From NCBI GenBank assembly GCA_049512935.1, contig JBEKWR010000001.1, forward strand, positions 128,001 through 192,000: 64,000 nucleotides of DNA. The letters are read 5' to 3'. Positions within the stretch are counted from its first letter, which is position 1, and each line of letters starts with the position of its first letter. The notes beneath the pieces are model-generated. The model did not search any database. It was given only the letters and a program-made list of their open reading frames with translations, and was not told the origin of the DNA. Shown here piece by piece: positions 1 to 10,728 of the stretch. Both the position numbers and the translations under genes were made by a program. Source of the DNA: Candidatus Bathyarchaeia archaeon. Lineage in GTDB: Archaea > Thermoproteota > Bathyarchaeia > Bathyarchaeales > Bathycorpusculaceae.

Positions 1-212
1 GTATTGCTGTGACGGCGGCGGCTCCCCAAGTTCCCCAGCCACTCGTTGATCAACTGAAGCCTGACGGTGGCGTAATGGTGATTCCTGTCGGCACGGTTTC
101 CTTCTATCAAACCTTGATAAGGCTGACTAAAAACGCCGCTGGCGAAGTTCGGCAGGAAGACCTCGGCGGAGTAGCGTTTGTCCCCCTGACAGGCGAGTAC
201 GGGCAAGGCTAG
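1..212 (+). CDS. pcm: Protein-L-isoaspartate O-methyltransferase, C-terminal part (5' truncated by window)
   Basis: VTAAAPQVPQPLVDQLKPDGGVMVIPVG...GGVAFVPL is the typical PIMT C-terminus. Confidence 0.9.
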   Translation, partial: IAVTAAAPQVPQPLVDQLKPDGGVMVIPVGTVSFYQTLIRLTKNAAGEVRQEDLGGVAFVPLTGEYGQG

Positions 213-216
213 CGGG

Positions 217-1245
217 TTACCCGAACCATTTTTCCAGCGTCATCTTGGACTTCTGCTTCTTGCTGCCAGCAAGCATTTTATCCAGTGATTTTCTGACGCG
301 ATCCTCTGAGAACTCTTTTTGCCTAACCATCAAGTCGACGACGCCTTCAACGTTCGGTTCACACCATTGGAGCTTGTAGTTGTCCGTTACCTCAGGATGC
401 AGGAAGACCTGGCGTATGCAGTTTGGCTCAACTGGGAAAGAAGCGTTCTTTATGTGGGGCAACGCGTTCTCCAACGACCCGAACTGCTTGACCAGTTTCA
501 GGGCGGTTTTCGGCCCTAGCCCCTTTATTCCGTCAGGGTTAAAGTCTGTGCCGATGAGAATGCCCACGTCGATGAGCTGCGGGTAGGTTAAGCCCGTCTC
601 GCTCAGCGTCTTAGACAGCTCCATCACTTCGGGCACAACCTCGATGTAGGCGTTACCGCGTTTGCGTCTGCCCGAAATCGTGATGTTCCGCAGCATTCTG
701 GGCGCCCCAAAAAGTAGGCTGTCGTAGTCTTGGCTTGCACAGTAATCTGCGTCGCCTTTCTTGGTCATGTAGGCGGCTTGGGCTTCGCCTTCGCTTGGCG
801 CGTTAATCCACGGCAAACCCATAAGCTCCAAGAGCCTGCGGCTGTCATCCTGCATGTAATCTTTCATGCTTGTCGCCGCCTGCGCGAACACTCGCATCTT
901 CTCCGTGTCGCCCTTCGCCGCCGCCTTCTCGTAGCTGGCGATAGCTTGCACCTTAACAGCTTTGCGCCGCTCAATCTCAGCCGCCTTCAGGGTCGGGGGA
1001 ATCCCATCGAAAACGTAGATCGGCTTCAAACCCATCTCAACAAGGTTGCTTGTGCGGTAGAAAAGCCCGCTTAGGTGGCTTGTGACGTGTCCAGTGCTGT
1101 CTTTTAGCGGGGTTCCGTCGGGTTGGCGGATGATGGCGAGAAACTGGTAGATTGCATTGTAAGCGTCTATGGCAATTATTTTGCCGCTTAAATCTTCAAG
1201 CTTCACGGGAGTTTTCGGAACTAAATCTTTGAAGTCTACGCCCAA
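217..1245 (-). CDS. fen: Flap endonuclease 1
   Basis: IAIDAYNAIYQFL, TSHLSGLFYR, APSEGEAQAA, SQDYDSLLFG, GTDFNPDG; PIP-box-like MTLEKWF C-terminus. Confidence 0.98.
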   Translation of the reverse strand: MGVDFKDLVPKTPVKLEDLSGKIIAIDAYNAIYQFLAIIRQPDGTPLKDSTGHVTSHLSGLFYRTSNLVEMGLKPIYVFDGIPPTLKAAEIERRKAVKVQAIASYEKAAAKGDTEKMRVFAQAATSMKDYMQDDSRRLLELMGLPWINAPSEGEAQAAYMTKKGDADYCASQDYDSLLFGAPRMLRNITISGRRKRGNAYIEVVPEVMELSKTLSETGLTYPQLIDVGILIGTDFNPDGIKGLGPKTALKLVKQFGSLENALPHIKNASFPVEPNCIRQVFLHPEVTDNYKLQWCEPNVEGVVDLMVRQKEFSEDRVRKSLDKMLAGSKKQKSKMTLEKWFG

Positions 1246-1394
1246 AATTCATCACAAAATAAAAGGCAAAACGTCAAGCTAATAAAACTTGCGAATTCGA
1301 GTTCTGTGAAGTTAGCGATTGAATAGAGGTTCATGTGAAAAGTCGGTTGATGGGGTCGGAAGGGGTTGCTGAAATTGGAGGCAAAACCCCGTCT

Positions 1395-1835
1395 TCAGCT
1401 TGGCGGAAAAGCTCTGTTTGCTTGCTCATGCTTCAACTCAACGAACAGCAGAGCTATTACGGAAGGAAGGAAAAACTCGAAAACGCCCCCAAATGAAGAG
1501 CTTGCGAAAATAATTGAGGTGTACGCATTATAGTATTGCGGGTTTATTGAGAGCAGATTGAAAATCGTTGAGCCGAAGATAACGCCTAAGAGTAAAGCTA
1601 TGACAGTAGATTTCGAAGCACACATATTGAACCTATCTGCCAAAAAGTAGAACACGCCGAAAACAACGGCAAGAAGCACTAAGTTGAAAAGCATGCTACT
1701 AAGCGTGAAAATCGGTATAGCTTCGGAAAACGTGACTGAGAATAAAGAGAACGCTCCAAATCTGGCATAAGGCAAATAGGTGAATCCCATTGACAAAAAG
1801 AGTGAAATAGCAAATGCTGCCAGCGGCTTTTGCAT
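1395..1835 (-). CDS. Hypothetical multi-pass membrane protein
   Basis: 146-aa ORF with about 4 hydrophobic segments; lies between the two fen1 5' copies. Confidence 0.65.
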   Translation of the reverse strand: MQKPLAAFAISLFLSMGFTYLPYARFGAFSLFSVTFSEAIPIFTLSSMLFNLVLLAVVFGVFYFLADRFNMCASKSTVIALLLGVIFGSTIFNLLSINPQYYNAYTSIIFASSSFGGVFEFFLPSVIALLFVELKHEQANRAFPPS

Positions 1836-2021
1836 GATTTACATCTCCTGCGGTAAATGGGTGCTATTAGAGGCTGTATAAAAAACTTTCACAATTCCGT
1901 TTTCGGGATTACGTTTGACTAATTTTTTGTTTTCTTGACGCATTTTCTATGAGTTTTCCACTTATTTTCTCCCTCAATCGTTATTCCGCAAGCCACAGAG
2001 GGGGTTTTGCCGTCTAAGGAT

Positions 2022-2159
2022 TTATGGGTAAACCCAATATAAGATGATGATGAGGAACTGGTAGATGGCGTTGTAAGCGTCTATGGCGATTATTTTGCCG
2101 CTTAAATCCTCAAGCTTCACCGGGGTTTTTGGAACAAGATCCTTAAAGTCTACACCCAA
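2022..2159 (-). pseudogene. fen: Truncated duplicate of the fen1 5' end
   Basis: Translates MGVDFKDLVPKTPVKLEDLSGKIIAIDAYNAIYQFL (identical to FEN1 aa 1-36) then IIILYWVYP*; upstream promoter region also similar. Confidence 0.92.
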
Positions 2160-2254
2160 AACTCATCACAGCTAAAATAGGCGAAAAACTTTCTTAATAA
2201 ACTTGCGAATGGCTCTTAAATGCCCAAGCTCACTAGCTTAATGTTGGAAAGAAA

Positions 2255-2542
2255 TTGAAGCAAGAGCAAAGGAAAGTGGGGCAAAAAGGGCAGGTCACTA
2301 TTCCGAAGGAAATGCGGGAAGCCCTCAAAATAGAACCCGGTTCCACGGTAACGTTTACGGTGGAAGGCGATAAGTTAATTGTGAGAAGGTTTTTTGATGC
2401 TGTAGCTGTGTTTAGAAAAGTAGCTAGAAGCGGCAAGTCTGTTTCAAGAATAGACCCTCACGCAGCTTACGAGGAAGAAATCGAAGAAAGATACCAACGT
2501 GCGCTTGCTGGAGCGAAGGAACAGAAAGAAAAAAGTGACTAA
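2255..2542 (+). CDS. AbrB/MazE/SpoVT-family DNA-binding protein (VapB-like antitoxin)
   Basis: KVGQKGQVTIPKEMREALKIEPGSTVTF swapped-hairpin motif. Confidence 0.88.
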   Translation: MKQEQRKVGQKGQVTIPKEMREALKIEPGSTVTFTVEGDKLIVRRFFDAVAVFRKVARSGKSVSRIDPHAAYEEEIEERYQRALAGAKEQKEKSD

Positions 2543-2600
2543 AATAACTTGAAAAAATAGTTCACTTCTCTTAACTGCCTATTACATTCTTTTAAAAAAC

Positions 2601-3143
2601 TTAGGCTTGTGTTGCTGTTATGCTGACGTCGAAGCTGTAGCTGAACGGTGTGCCCGCTACGAAGTTCGTGTTTGTCGTAACCATGTTTATGGCTACGTAC
2701 AGGTTCGCCGATGCGCCCACAGCAATCGGGTTGAATTCAACGTCGCCCGCCAGATTAAACTGGATGTTGCTCGGGACGTTAACGTTCGATGCCGCTACGG
2801 TTATGTTGATGGGGACGCTGCCCGTGTTCTGGACAACCAACGCGGTCGTCGCGGGGATTCCTCCGACAGAGTCTAACGGTCCGTAGATGTTGCAGGGCAG
2901 GTTAGTCAAGGTCGCGGGGCAGCTGGTTCCGTTAGGAAAAAACAGGGCGAACTGGATGGTTGCTGGGGGGTTTGAAGTCGTGGCGGTTGGTGAAGGTGTC
3001 AGGGTAGGTGAGATGTTTCTTGGGTATTTTGCGGTTCCGCTTACGTGGATGGTTTGGGTTTGCTGGGCGATTTGGGCAATCACCAGCGGAACAGCTATGG
3101 CTACTATAAGCACTATGGCTAAAACGAAAAGTTTCTTTCTCAC
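2601..3143 (-). CDS. Secreted/surface protein, beta-rich
   Basis: Signal peptide MRKKLFVLAIVLIVAIAVPLVIA, Pro/Thr linker, VQNTGSVPINITV Ig-like motif; GGAGGTGA RBS upstream. Confidence 0.75.
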   Translation of the reverse strand: MRKKLFVLAIVLIVAIAVPLVIAQIAQQTQTIHVSGTAKYPRNISPTLTPSPTATTSNPPATIQFALFFPNGTSCPATLTNLPCNIYGPLDSVGGIPATTALVVQNTGSVPINITVAASNVNVPSNIQFNLAGDVEFNPIAVGASANLYVAINMVTTNTNFVAGTPFSYSFDVSITATQA

Positions 3144-3443
3144 TCATTTCACCTCCGAACGCTGCCGCTTCATCCTTGGCTTTCATCTCAGACTTGATAA
3201 TTAATAAAACGATGTTGTAACATGTTGACGCCACATAGATGTGTATCAAATAATAAATCGAAAGGATTTTTGTTGCAAATTCACGGTTGGAAATGTAAGT
3301 ACGTTGAATTGTGAAAATGCAGACGATGAACCTTTTGTTTTCAAGCAGCAAATCCCGAAGGTGAAGTAGCGGATTATTGGGATTCGTTGAGCACAGCAGA
3401 TATAAGGAAGCCTTACAATTTAGAACCGCAAGAGATGTAGATT

Positions 3444-3632
3444 ATGACAGAAAGACAAACAACACTGTCCTTGGTCACCTGCACGAGCTGCGGCAAACCG
3501 ATCCCGCCAGGCAGCGAATCCACGAAATTCCTCTGCCCCAACTGCGGAGAAATCCAGATCAAACGCGACGGAAAATGCCGCAAGTTCGGACGCATCTACA
3601 AGTGCCCAAAGTGCGGTTTCACAGGACCATAA
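3444..3632 (+). CDS. Zinc-finger small protein (HVO_2753/DUF1610-like)
   Basis: CTSC..CPNCG..C..CPKCGFTGP; conserved position upstream of aEF1-beta. Confidence 0.9.
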   Translation: MTERQTTLSLVTCTSCGKPIPPGSESTKFLCPNCGEIQIKRDGKCRKFGRIYKCPKCGFTGP

Positions 3633-3645
3633 AGGGCGAATGGGC

Positions 3646-3921
3646 ATGGGCAGCGTTCTTGTAACTTACAAGATTTTTCCAGAAGACATCGTAAAGAACT
3701 TTGACGACATAAAAAAGCAGATTGAAAGCATCAAACCCGAGTTCGTTTCCATCGAAGGATGGGGCGAGGAACCAGTGGCTTTCGGGCTGGTAGCACTCCT
3801 TGTCCAGCTGAAGTTTCCGGAAGACAAGACCGGGATCGTTGACGAGTTTGAAGAAAAACTCGCGAAGCTTCCAGGGATAAGTCAAGCGCAGACCTTGCAA
3901 ATCCGCAGAACCAGCAGATGA
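3646..3921 (+). CDS. ef1b: Translation elongation factor aEF1-beta
   Basis: EEPVAFGLVAL motif, about 90 aa. Confidence 0.93.
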   Translation: MGSVLVTYKIFPEDIVKNFDDIKKQIESIKPEFVSIEGWGEEPVAFGLVALLVQLKFPEDKTGIVDEFEEKLAKLPGISQAQTLQIRRTSR

Positions 3922-4074
3922 ACCGCTAACGTGCGGTTAACCGCAAAAAAACCATCAGTCTTCTTTTTAACATGCACCTGAAAGTCTCTGCCGTTACGCT
4001 TGAAGGTTTATATAGTCTTTGAATGTTCTTTCAAACACATACCTTTGAGCACCAGATTATTTGGAGGATTCTGA

Positions 4075-6279
4075 TTGAGCGAAGTTCAACTACGCGTCGG
4101 AGATGCACGACAAAGAGACGTGGGCAGAGGAATCGCCCGCATAGACCAGCGGACAATGCAGAAACTAGGCATAAGCGCTGGCGACGTAATAGAAATCATT
4201 AACAAACGCACGACTTCGGCTATTGCTTGGCCAGCTTACAGTGAAGACCAGAACCGCGATATCATACGAATCGACGGCTTCACGCGAAAGAACAGCGGCG
4301 TAGCCATAAACGAGTATGTTGTTGTGCGGCCTGCAAAAGTCAAAACGGCGTTAAGCTTGACTCTTGCTCCTGTTGACATGCGCCTTAACGTTGACGAGGA
4401 CTTCACTAACTTCGTGAAGAACCGCCTTATGGAGCGCACCCTTGTTGAAGGCGACACCACGCTGGTTATGATGCTGGGACACGCCATACCGTTCACCGTT
4501 TCAAAAACCCGTCCGCACGGCATAATAAAAGTCACAACTGAGACGCACCTGACCATACTGAATGAGCCAGCGCCCGAAGGCAAAGGCTTACCCAGAACCA
4601 CGTACGAGGACATCGGTGGTCTGCATGAGGAAATTCAGCGAGTCCGCGAAATGGTCGAGTTGCCGCTTCGGCATCCTGAGCTTTTCCAGCGGTTAGGAAT
4701 AGAGCCGCCGAAAGGAGTTCTGCTTCACGGTCCGCCAGGCTGCGGCAAAACGTTGCTTGCCCGAGCAGTCGCGAACGAGTCAGAGGCAAACTTTTACTCC
4801 ATTAACGGTCCAGAAATCATGAGTAAATTCTACGGTGAATCTGAAGCGCGGCTGCGGGAGATTTTCCAGCAGGCCCAGCAAAACGCTCCAAGCATAATAT
4901 TCGTCGATGAACTCGATGCGATAGCGCCTAAAAGGGAAGAAGTCACGGGCGAAGTTGAAAGGCGCGTCGTCGCGCAACTCCTCGCTTTGATGGATGGGCT
5001 CAGCGGAAGAGGAAACGTCATAGTTATCGGCGCGACTAACCGTCCAGGCGCTCTTGACCCAGCCTTGCGTAGACCTGGAAGGTTTGATAGGGAAATAGAA
5101 ATCAGCGTACCCGACAAGAAAGGGAGGTACGAGGTGTTGCAGATTCACACGAGAGGCATGCCGCTTCACGGTGTTGAAAAACCTGAAGAGGAAAAGTCCG
5201 CTGAAGATGTTGACCTTAAGAAACTTGCTGACATGACGCATGGTTACACAGGCGCTGACTTATCAGCGTTAGGCAGAGAAACAGCCATGAAAGCGCTCCG
5301 CAGATATCTGCCGCAAATTAACCTTGAAGAAGAACGCATTCCACCCGCCGTGCTGGAGAAGATGGAGGTTACGATGGACGATTTCTTGGGCGCGTACAAG
5401 GAAGTTACGCCTACTGCAATGCGTGAAGTTTACATTGAGGTTGCAACGGTGCATTGGAGCGACATCGGCGGTTTAGACAGCGTCAAAGACCACCTTAAAG
5501 AATCCGTCGAGTGGCCGATCAAGAATCCTGAAATGTTCACCCGACTTGGAATTAGAGCACCAAAAGGCATTCTACTTTATGGTCCACCTGGCTGCGGCAA
5601 AACCCTGCTTGCACGGGCGGTCGCGACTGAGAGCGAAGCCAACTTCATATCCATAAAAGGACCTGAGGTTTTCAGCAAATGGCTCGGGGAATCGGAAAAA
5701 GCGATTCGGGAAGTCTTCCGTAAAGCCCGCATGGCGGCGCCGTCGGTCATATTCTTGGATGAGATAGATTCTCTTACGCCGAGACGTGACATGGGCATGT
5801 CTGACAATGGCGCTTTCGAGAGGGTCATAAGCCAGTTGCTAACGGAAATGGATGGCATAACAACCCTGCAAGACATCGTAATTATCGCCGCGACGAATCG
5901 CCCTCACATGGTTGACCCCGCAGTGCTTCGCCCAGGCAGGTTCGACCGTTTAATCTACGTGCCTGAACCAGATGAAAAGAGCCGCCTGCAAATCTTTATG
6001 CTGTACACGAAGGGTATGCCAATCTGCAGCGATGTTGATTTGAACGTGTTGACCACCCTGACGAGGTACTATTCTGGCGCCGACATTGAATCTTTATGCA
6101 GAGAAGCCGCTATGCATGCCTTGCGCCGAGATGTTAAAGCACGCGAGGTTACGATGAAGGATTTTCAAGATGCCCTGAAAGAGATGGGCCCGTCGATTAC
6201 GCCTGACATGGAGAAATGGTACAAGGGCTTCATGCAGCAGTTCCGACAAGTACAAAAGCCAGCAACACCCGTTGCTTAG
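4075..6279 (+). CDS. cdc48: CDC48/VCP AAA+ ATPase
   Basis: N-domain plus two AAA modules (GPPGCGKT twice, RPGRFDR twice). Confidence 0.98.
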   Translation: MSEVQLRVGDARQRDVGRGIARIDQRTMQKLGISAGDVIEIINKRTTSAIAWPAYSEDQNRDIIRIDGFTRKNSGVAINEYVVVRPAKVKTALSLTLAPVDMRLNVDEDFTNFVKNRLMERTLVEGDTTLVMMLGHAIPFTVSKTRPHGIIKVTTETHLTILNEPAPEGKGLPRTTYEDIGGLHEEIQRVREMVELPLRHPELFQRLGIEPPKGVLLHGPPGCGKTLLARAVANESEANFYSINGPEIMSKFYGESEARLREIFQQAQQNAPSIIFVDELDAIAPKREEVTGEVERRVVAQLLALMDGLSGRGNVIVIGATNRPGALDPALRRPGRFDREIEISVPDKKGRYEVLQIHTRGMPLHGVEKPEEEKSAEDVDLKKLADMTHGYTGADLSALGRETAMKALRRYLPQINLEEERIPPAVLEKMEVTMDDFLGAYKEVTPTAMREVYIEVATVHWSDIGGLDSVKDHLKESVEWPIKNPEMFTRLGIRAPKGILLYGPPGCGKTLLARAVATESEANFISIKGPEVFSKWLGESEKAIREVFRKARMAAPSVIFLDEIDSLTPRRDMGMSDNGAFERVISQLLTEMDGITTLQDIVIIAATNRPHMVDPAVLRPGRFDRLIYVPEPDEKSRLQIFMLYTKGMPICSDVDLNVLTTLTRYYSGADIESLCREAAMHALRRDVKAREVTMKDFQDALKEMGPSITPDMEKWYKGFMQQFRQVQKPATPVA

Positions 6280-6290
6280 AAGGAAAGTTT

Positions 6291-6521
6291 ATGCCTCAGA
6301 TGAAAACTTGGAAAACCCGACCCGACTACTTTGTGTTATTGGAGATCCTAAAGAAAAAAGGCGACATGACCGACGACGACCTGTTCACCGCTCTTAAAGG
6401 AGAGTTCGAGGATTTAGGCTTCAAAGACTTCAACGGTCTGCTGCTAAATCTGGAAGTAAGCGGCAAAATCCGCACTTCATCCTTGGCCCGTGGGAAACGC
6501 CGAATAGAACTGGTCCAATAA
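6291..6521 (+). CDS. Small winged-helix protein downstream of cdc48
   Basis: Likely start MPQMKTWK at 6291; FNGLLLNLEVSGKIR wHTH-like. Confidence 0.75.
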   Translation: MPQMKTWKTRPDYFVLLEILKKKGDMTDDDLFTALKGEFEDLGFKDFNGLLLNLEVSGKIRTSSLARGKRRIELVQ

Positions 6522-6531
6522 CAACGTTACG

Positions 6532-7779
6532 ATGACCGCGCTCACCCAGTCAACAGGCACCGCTTCAGACGCCATAATCATCGGAGGCGGACCCGTCGGC
6601 TCATACGCAGCCTTAAACTTAGCCAAAGCAGGCATTGAAGCAACGGTTTTTGAAGAGCATCCCCAAATCGGGTACCCGTCTCACTGTGCTGGGCATATAA
6701 GCATCCGAAGCCTACGCAGCATGGGGTTGTTTCCGCTTCCCGACGGGATTGTGGAGAACACTTTTCGCACTGCAAACTTTTACTCGCCTAAGGGCACCAA
6801 GTTTTCAATCCACCTTACCCGCCCAGTGACAGCCGCTTTGAACAGGGCACGCTTCGACCAGTACTTGGCTAAGCAGGCAGAAAAAGCGGGCGCACATTTT
6901 GCCCTAAACAGCCGCGTCCAAACGCTTGTTATCCGAGACGGCTTCGTCAGAGGCGTAAACATCCAGCGGAACAGTGAAGAACAGGTGCAAGCTGCCGGTA
7001 AGGTAATTGTTGATGCCGAAGGCATTTCTTCTAGGCTTTTAAGGCAGGCTGGTTTGAAAGCGCTCAGGCCAGAAGGGCTGGTTTACGCGGTTGAAGCTGA
7101 AGTTGAAAATGTGCATGATGTTGAACGTGACGGGGTTGAAGTTTACTTGGGCAGCGCCTACGCATCGGGCTTTTATGGATGGCTGATTCCGAGGCTTGAT
7201 GGAACTGCTAAGGTGGGGTTGGCGACAAACAAAGGAAACCCCCGTGATTGCCTCCGATTGCTTATGACTAAGCATCCTGTGGCTTCCAGACAGTTTAGCG
7301 GCGCCAAAATAATGCAGATCGGCTATCACGCCATAACCTTGGGCGGCCCAATCGAGAAGGCTTACGCTAACGGATTCTTGTCCGTCGGCGACTGCGCCTC
7401 GCAGGTTAAACCCACCACGGGCGGCGGAGTAATCTTCGGGTTAACTTGCGCGAAAATTGCGGCGGAAACCGTAAGCCAAGCCATACAGCAAGGTGACTTT
7501 TCGTCCAACGCGCTGCAGGTTTATCAGAAGCGTTGCTCCGACCTGTTGAGTTTTGATTTCAACGTTATGCTTAGGCTGCGGCGGTTCCTTAACTCTTTGT
7601 CTGACGAGAAAGTTGACGAGATGCTTCGGGTCTGCAGCAAGTTGGGCGTCGATAAAGCTCTAAGCAACGAGGATGAGATTGATTTTCAGGGAAAAATGAT
7701 TCTTAAATCGGTCGGGAAGCCTTCCATGCTGGCTGCTTTGGCTTATTTTGCGATGCTTTACTTGTCTGCAAACCCTTAA
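6532..7779 (+). CDS. Geranylgeranyl reductase family FAD oxidoreductase
   Basis: GGGPVG FAD motif, YGWLIP, GDCASQVKPTTGGG. Confidence 0.92.
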   Translation: MTALTQSTGTASDAIIIGGGPVGSYAALNLAKAGIEATVFEEHPQIGYPSHCAGHISIRSLRSMGLFPLPDGIVENTFRTANFYSPKGTKFSIHLTRPVTAALNRARFDQYLAKQAEKAGAHFALNSRVQTLVIRDGFVRGVNIQRNSEEQVQAAGKVIVDAEGISSRLLRQAGLKALRPEGLVYAVEAEVENVHDVERDGVEVYLGSAYASGFYGWLIPRLDGTAKVGLATNKGNPRDCLRLLMTKHPVASRQFSGAKIMQIGYHAITLGGPIEKAYANGFLSVGDCASQVKPTTGGGVIFGLTCAKIAAETVSQAIQQGDFSSNALQVYQKRCSDLLSFDFNVMLRLRRFLNSLSDEKVDEMLRVCSKLGVDKALSNEDEIDFQGKMILKSVGKPSMLAALAYFAMLYLSANP

Positions 7780-7814
7780 AATCTCGGCTGCCTAACATAG
7801 AAGCGGGAAATGCA

Positions 7815-8177
7815 ATGGGCGAATTCGAGTACAAGCAGGTTCTGGTTTTCCGCAAGGACCTCAAGATGGGTAAGGGGAAGATTGCTGCGCAGGCTGGGCA
7901 CGCGGCGGTTTCAGCAGCTCAGGAAGCGTATATTCACAACAAAAAGTGGTGGGAGGCATGGTTTTTCGAGGGGCAACGCAAAATCGCTGTTAAAGTGGAG
8001 TCGGAGAAGGAACTGCATGAGTTGGAGGATGCCGCGGCAAGGTTGGGTTTGCCTCATGCACTGATTGTTGATAGGGGTTTAACGCAGATTCCTGAGGGCA
8101 CGGTGACTTGCCTAGGGATTGGTCCTGCTCCTAACGGGTTAGTTGATAAGTTAACCCGTGATCTTCCGCTTTTCTAA
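7815..8177 (+). CDS. pth2: Peptidyl-tRNA hydrolase 2
   Basis: KMGKGKIAAQAGHA, DRGLTQI, GIGP. Confidence 0.97.
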   Translation: MGEFEYKQVLVFRKDLKMGKGKIAAQAGHAAVSAAQEAYIHNKKWWEAWFFEGQRKIAVKVESEKELHELEDAAARLGLPHALIVDRGLTQIPEGTVTCLGIGPAPNGLVDKLTRDLPLF

Positions 8178-8188
8178 GGCGAGTTTTC

Positions 8189-9559
8189 TTGTCTGCGCCG
8201 CCCATTGACAAACAGCTCGGCATCGAAGTTTACCTCACTGAAAGCCCCGGCGTGGGCGGCGTCATCCGCGGCGAGGTCGAGGATTTTGTGGTTGAGGAAG
8301 TGCTTGTTGACGGCTCCAGAGCACGGGTAAGCGGAGTTGTCCCAAGCAGGGTTTTAGGCTCAACTGTTGAGCGGCAACGGTTTTTGCTGTGCGTCATGGT
8401 TAAGCGAAACTGGGACACGTTCATAGCCGTGAAGAACATTGCGAAACAGTTGGGCATTGACCAGAACCGTATCCAGATTGCAGGCATCAAAGACGCAAAA
8501 GCCGTGACGGCTCAGCACATAACTGTTGACGGAGGCTCATTGGAGGATGCCGCAAAAATCAACGTTAAAGACATCCAAATCGTCCCTGTGGGTTACGTTC
8601 GCGAAGCGCTTTCAACCTTTTACTTGCTCGGCAACAGCTTCACAATAAAAATCAAAGGCATCGAACTCCAGAAATCAAGCGTTGAAACACGTTTAGCCCA
8701 CACAATCGGGGAAATCGAAGCTGCCGGTGGCATTCCAAACTTTTTTGGGCACCAACGCTTCGGAACAACCCGTCCGATTACGCATTTGGTTGGAAAAGCC
8801 ATTGTAAGAGGCGATTTTAAGCAAGCCGCTATGCTTTTCTTGGCTAAACCAAGCGAGTATGAGCATCCAGCCTCGAGGCAAGCGCGCCAGCAGCTTCAGG
8901 AAACAGGCGATTTTAGGCAGGCGCTGGAGAATTTTCCTCGGCAGCTTCGTTTTGAAAGGTTGATGCTGGGTCACTTGGCGGATAACGCGGAAGATTTCGT
9001 CGGTGCCTTCCAACAGTTGCCCGTTAAGCTTCAGGAGCTTTTTGTTCAGGCGCATCAGTCTTACCTGTTTAACCGCTTCCTAAGTGGGCGGCTCACGCAT
9101 GGTTACGCTTTGAACAGGGCTGAGGCGGGGGACTGGGTTGTCAGCGTTGAACGTTCAGGCTTGCCCTTAACTAAAGTGGCGAAAATTGTTGCAGCCCAAG
9201 ATGAGGCGGCGGTTAATGAGCAAGTCAAGGCTGGCAAAACGCGGGTCGCTTTGCCCATCATCGGGGTGCGGCAGAAGCTGTCGGAGGGAGTCATGGGGCA
9301 GATAGAACGGGACGTTCTTGAGGGTGAAGCGGTTAAATTGGAAGAGTTGCGTGTGAACCCCCTGTCAAGGGTCGGTGGCAAAGGCGGGTTGCGGACGGCG
9401 GTTGCTCCTGTCAGAGACTTCAACTTCCATGTTTCAGCAGACACGAGCGAGAAAGGCTGCCAAGCCGAGTTAAGCTTCATGCTGCAAAGAGGCTGCTACG
9501 CGACCGTGCTTCTCAGGGAAATAATGAAACCTGCTGACCCGTTAACCGCTGGGTTCTGA
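8189..9559 (+). CDS. truD: tRNA pseudouridine(13) synthase TruD/Pus7
   Basis: AGIKDAKAVT, PNFFGHQRFG, GCYATVLLRE. Confidence 0.96.
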   Translation: MSAPPIDKQLGIEVYLTESPGVGGVIRGEVEDFVVEEVLVDGSRARVSGVVPSRVLGSTVERQRFLLCVMVKRNWDTFIAVKNIAKQLGIDQNRIQIAGIKDAKAVTAQHITVDGGSLEDAAKINVKDIQIVPVGYVREALSTFYLLGNSFTIKIKGIELQKSSVETRLAHTIGEIEAAGGIPNFFGHQRFGTTRPITHLVGKAIVRGDFKQAAMLFLAKPSEYEHPASRQARQQLQETGDFRQALENFPRQLRFERLMLGHLADNAEDFVGAFQQLPVKLQELFVQAHQSYLFNRFLSGRLTHGYALNRAEAGDWVVSVERSGLPLTKVAKIVAAQDEAAVNEQVKAGKTRVALPIIGVRQKLSEGVMGQIERDVLEGEAVKLEELRVNPLSRVGGKGGLRTAVAPVRDFNFHVSADTSEKGCQAELSFMLQRGCYATVLLREIMKPADPLTAGF

Positions 9560-9567
9560 AGCTCGCA

Positions 9568-10050
9568 TCATTCGACGTATAAAACGGACGGCTCGTTCTT
9601 CAGTAGGCTTTGTGCGAATGCTTCTGCTTGTTTTAGGTCATCCGCGTTCGGTCTGCCCTTGTTTGTGCCGCCGACGATTTTAAGCGGTCCGAAAGTGTCG
9701 AAGGCTGCGCAGTTAAATTCTCCGACAACAGTGTACCCTTTAGACTCAAGTTTTTCCTTGAGCGGCTTGTGGAATTTAGCCGCGGCTTTTCCCGCTCTTC
9801 CGCTGGTTGAGAAAATGAATGCTTTCTTGCCTGTGGCTTGCGGGATTTTGTCGGCGAGTTCAAGAAGGGTTTTGCCGAGTTTCCCGAAATAAACCCCTGA
9901 GCCGAAACCGACAAGCTCATAATTTGCAAGGCTGTTTGGGTCGGTTTGCTCGGGAGTTTTTATTTCTGCACCAATAACCTTGGCGATTACTTGGGCGACT
10001 TTCTCCGTGTTTTTATGATGATAAGAAAACAGGATTATAACCGAGTTCAA
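9568..10050 (-). CDS. Flavodoxin family protein
   Basis: SYHHKNTEKVA, GFGSGVYFG, NKGRP. Confidence 0.88.
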   Translation of the reverse strand: MNSVIILFSYHHKNTEKVAQVIAKVIGAEIKTPEQTDPNSLANYELVGFGSGVYFGKLGKTLLELADKIPQATGKKAFIFSTSGRAGKAAAKFHKPLKEKLESKGYTVVGEFNCAAFDTFGPLKIVGGTNKGRPNADDLKQAEAFAQSLLKNEPSVLYVE

Positions 10051-10167
10051 TTTGAGGCACGCAACCTGCCAGTTGTAGAGGCAGCAACCCGTATTTTAGC
10101 GCTGTGGTCAGTAAGCAAGGTTGATAAGCAAGCGCAACTTCAGAATTGCTTGAGGATGCCTCCTTCT

Positions 10168-10728
10168 ATGGAAAATGAACAGCAGCGGCAATGCGTCATA
10201 CCTCTTCATAGACCCAGCTGGAAAGAGTACGCGTTCTTTTTCATTTCAGGCATCTTGGTTAGCGTGCCGATGGCGCTGTTCTTCTCACAGGCTTACCCGT
10301 ACGTTCCCGTGATAATATCCGTCGCCGTTTTCGCACCCTTCGTGGAAGAGTTCGCCAAAGTTTTCCCGCTGTTCTACAGGCACGGCGAGACCGAAAGATC
10401 CTACGTGAAACTGGGCGTTCTAATCGGGCTGGGCTTCGGCGTTTCAGAGTTTTTCTTGTACGTGGTTTTCTTGCATGTTCCCCCCATCGTTAGAATCCCA
10501 GGCGTGATTTTCCACGCGTCAAGCGCGGCGGTCACGGCTTATGGCATAGCCAAAAAGAATCCGCTACCGTACTACCTGATTTCGGTTGCGCTGCACGCGA
10601 CAAACAACTTTTTTGCGGTTACAAGCGTCCCCGTGGGCATATTCGCCGAGTTGATAGTCTTAATCACCGTTTACCTTCTTGCTTGGCAATTTTACCATAA
10701 AGCCTCAGACGAAAAAATGGTTGTTTAA
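10168..10728 (+). CDS. PrsW-family intramembrane protease
   Basis: APFVEEFAK, GLGFGVSE, FH...LHATNN; start trimmed from the long ORF. Confidence 0.85.
   Translation: MENEQQRQCVIPLHRPSWKEYAFFFISGILVSVPMALFFSQAYPYVPVIISVAVFAPFVEEFAKVFPLFYRHGETERSYVKLGVLIGLGFGVSEFFLYVVFLHVPPIVRIPGVIFHASSAAVTAYGIAKKNPLPYYLISVALHATNNFFAVTSVPVGIFAELIVLITVYLLAWQFYHKASDEKMVV

Noticed and set aside
3921-3950. Perfect 14-bp palindrome TGCGGTTAACCGCA after ef1b
   Set aside because: Single copy at a gene end; most simply a terminator-type hairpin.
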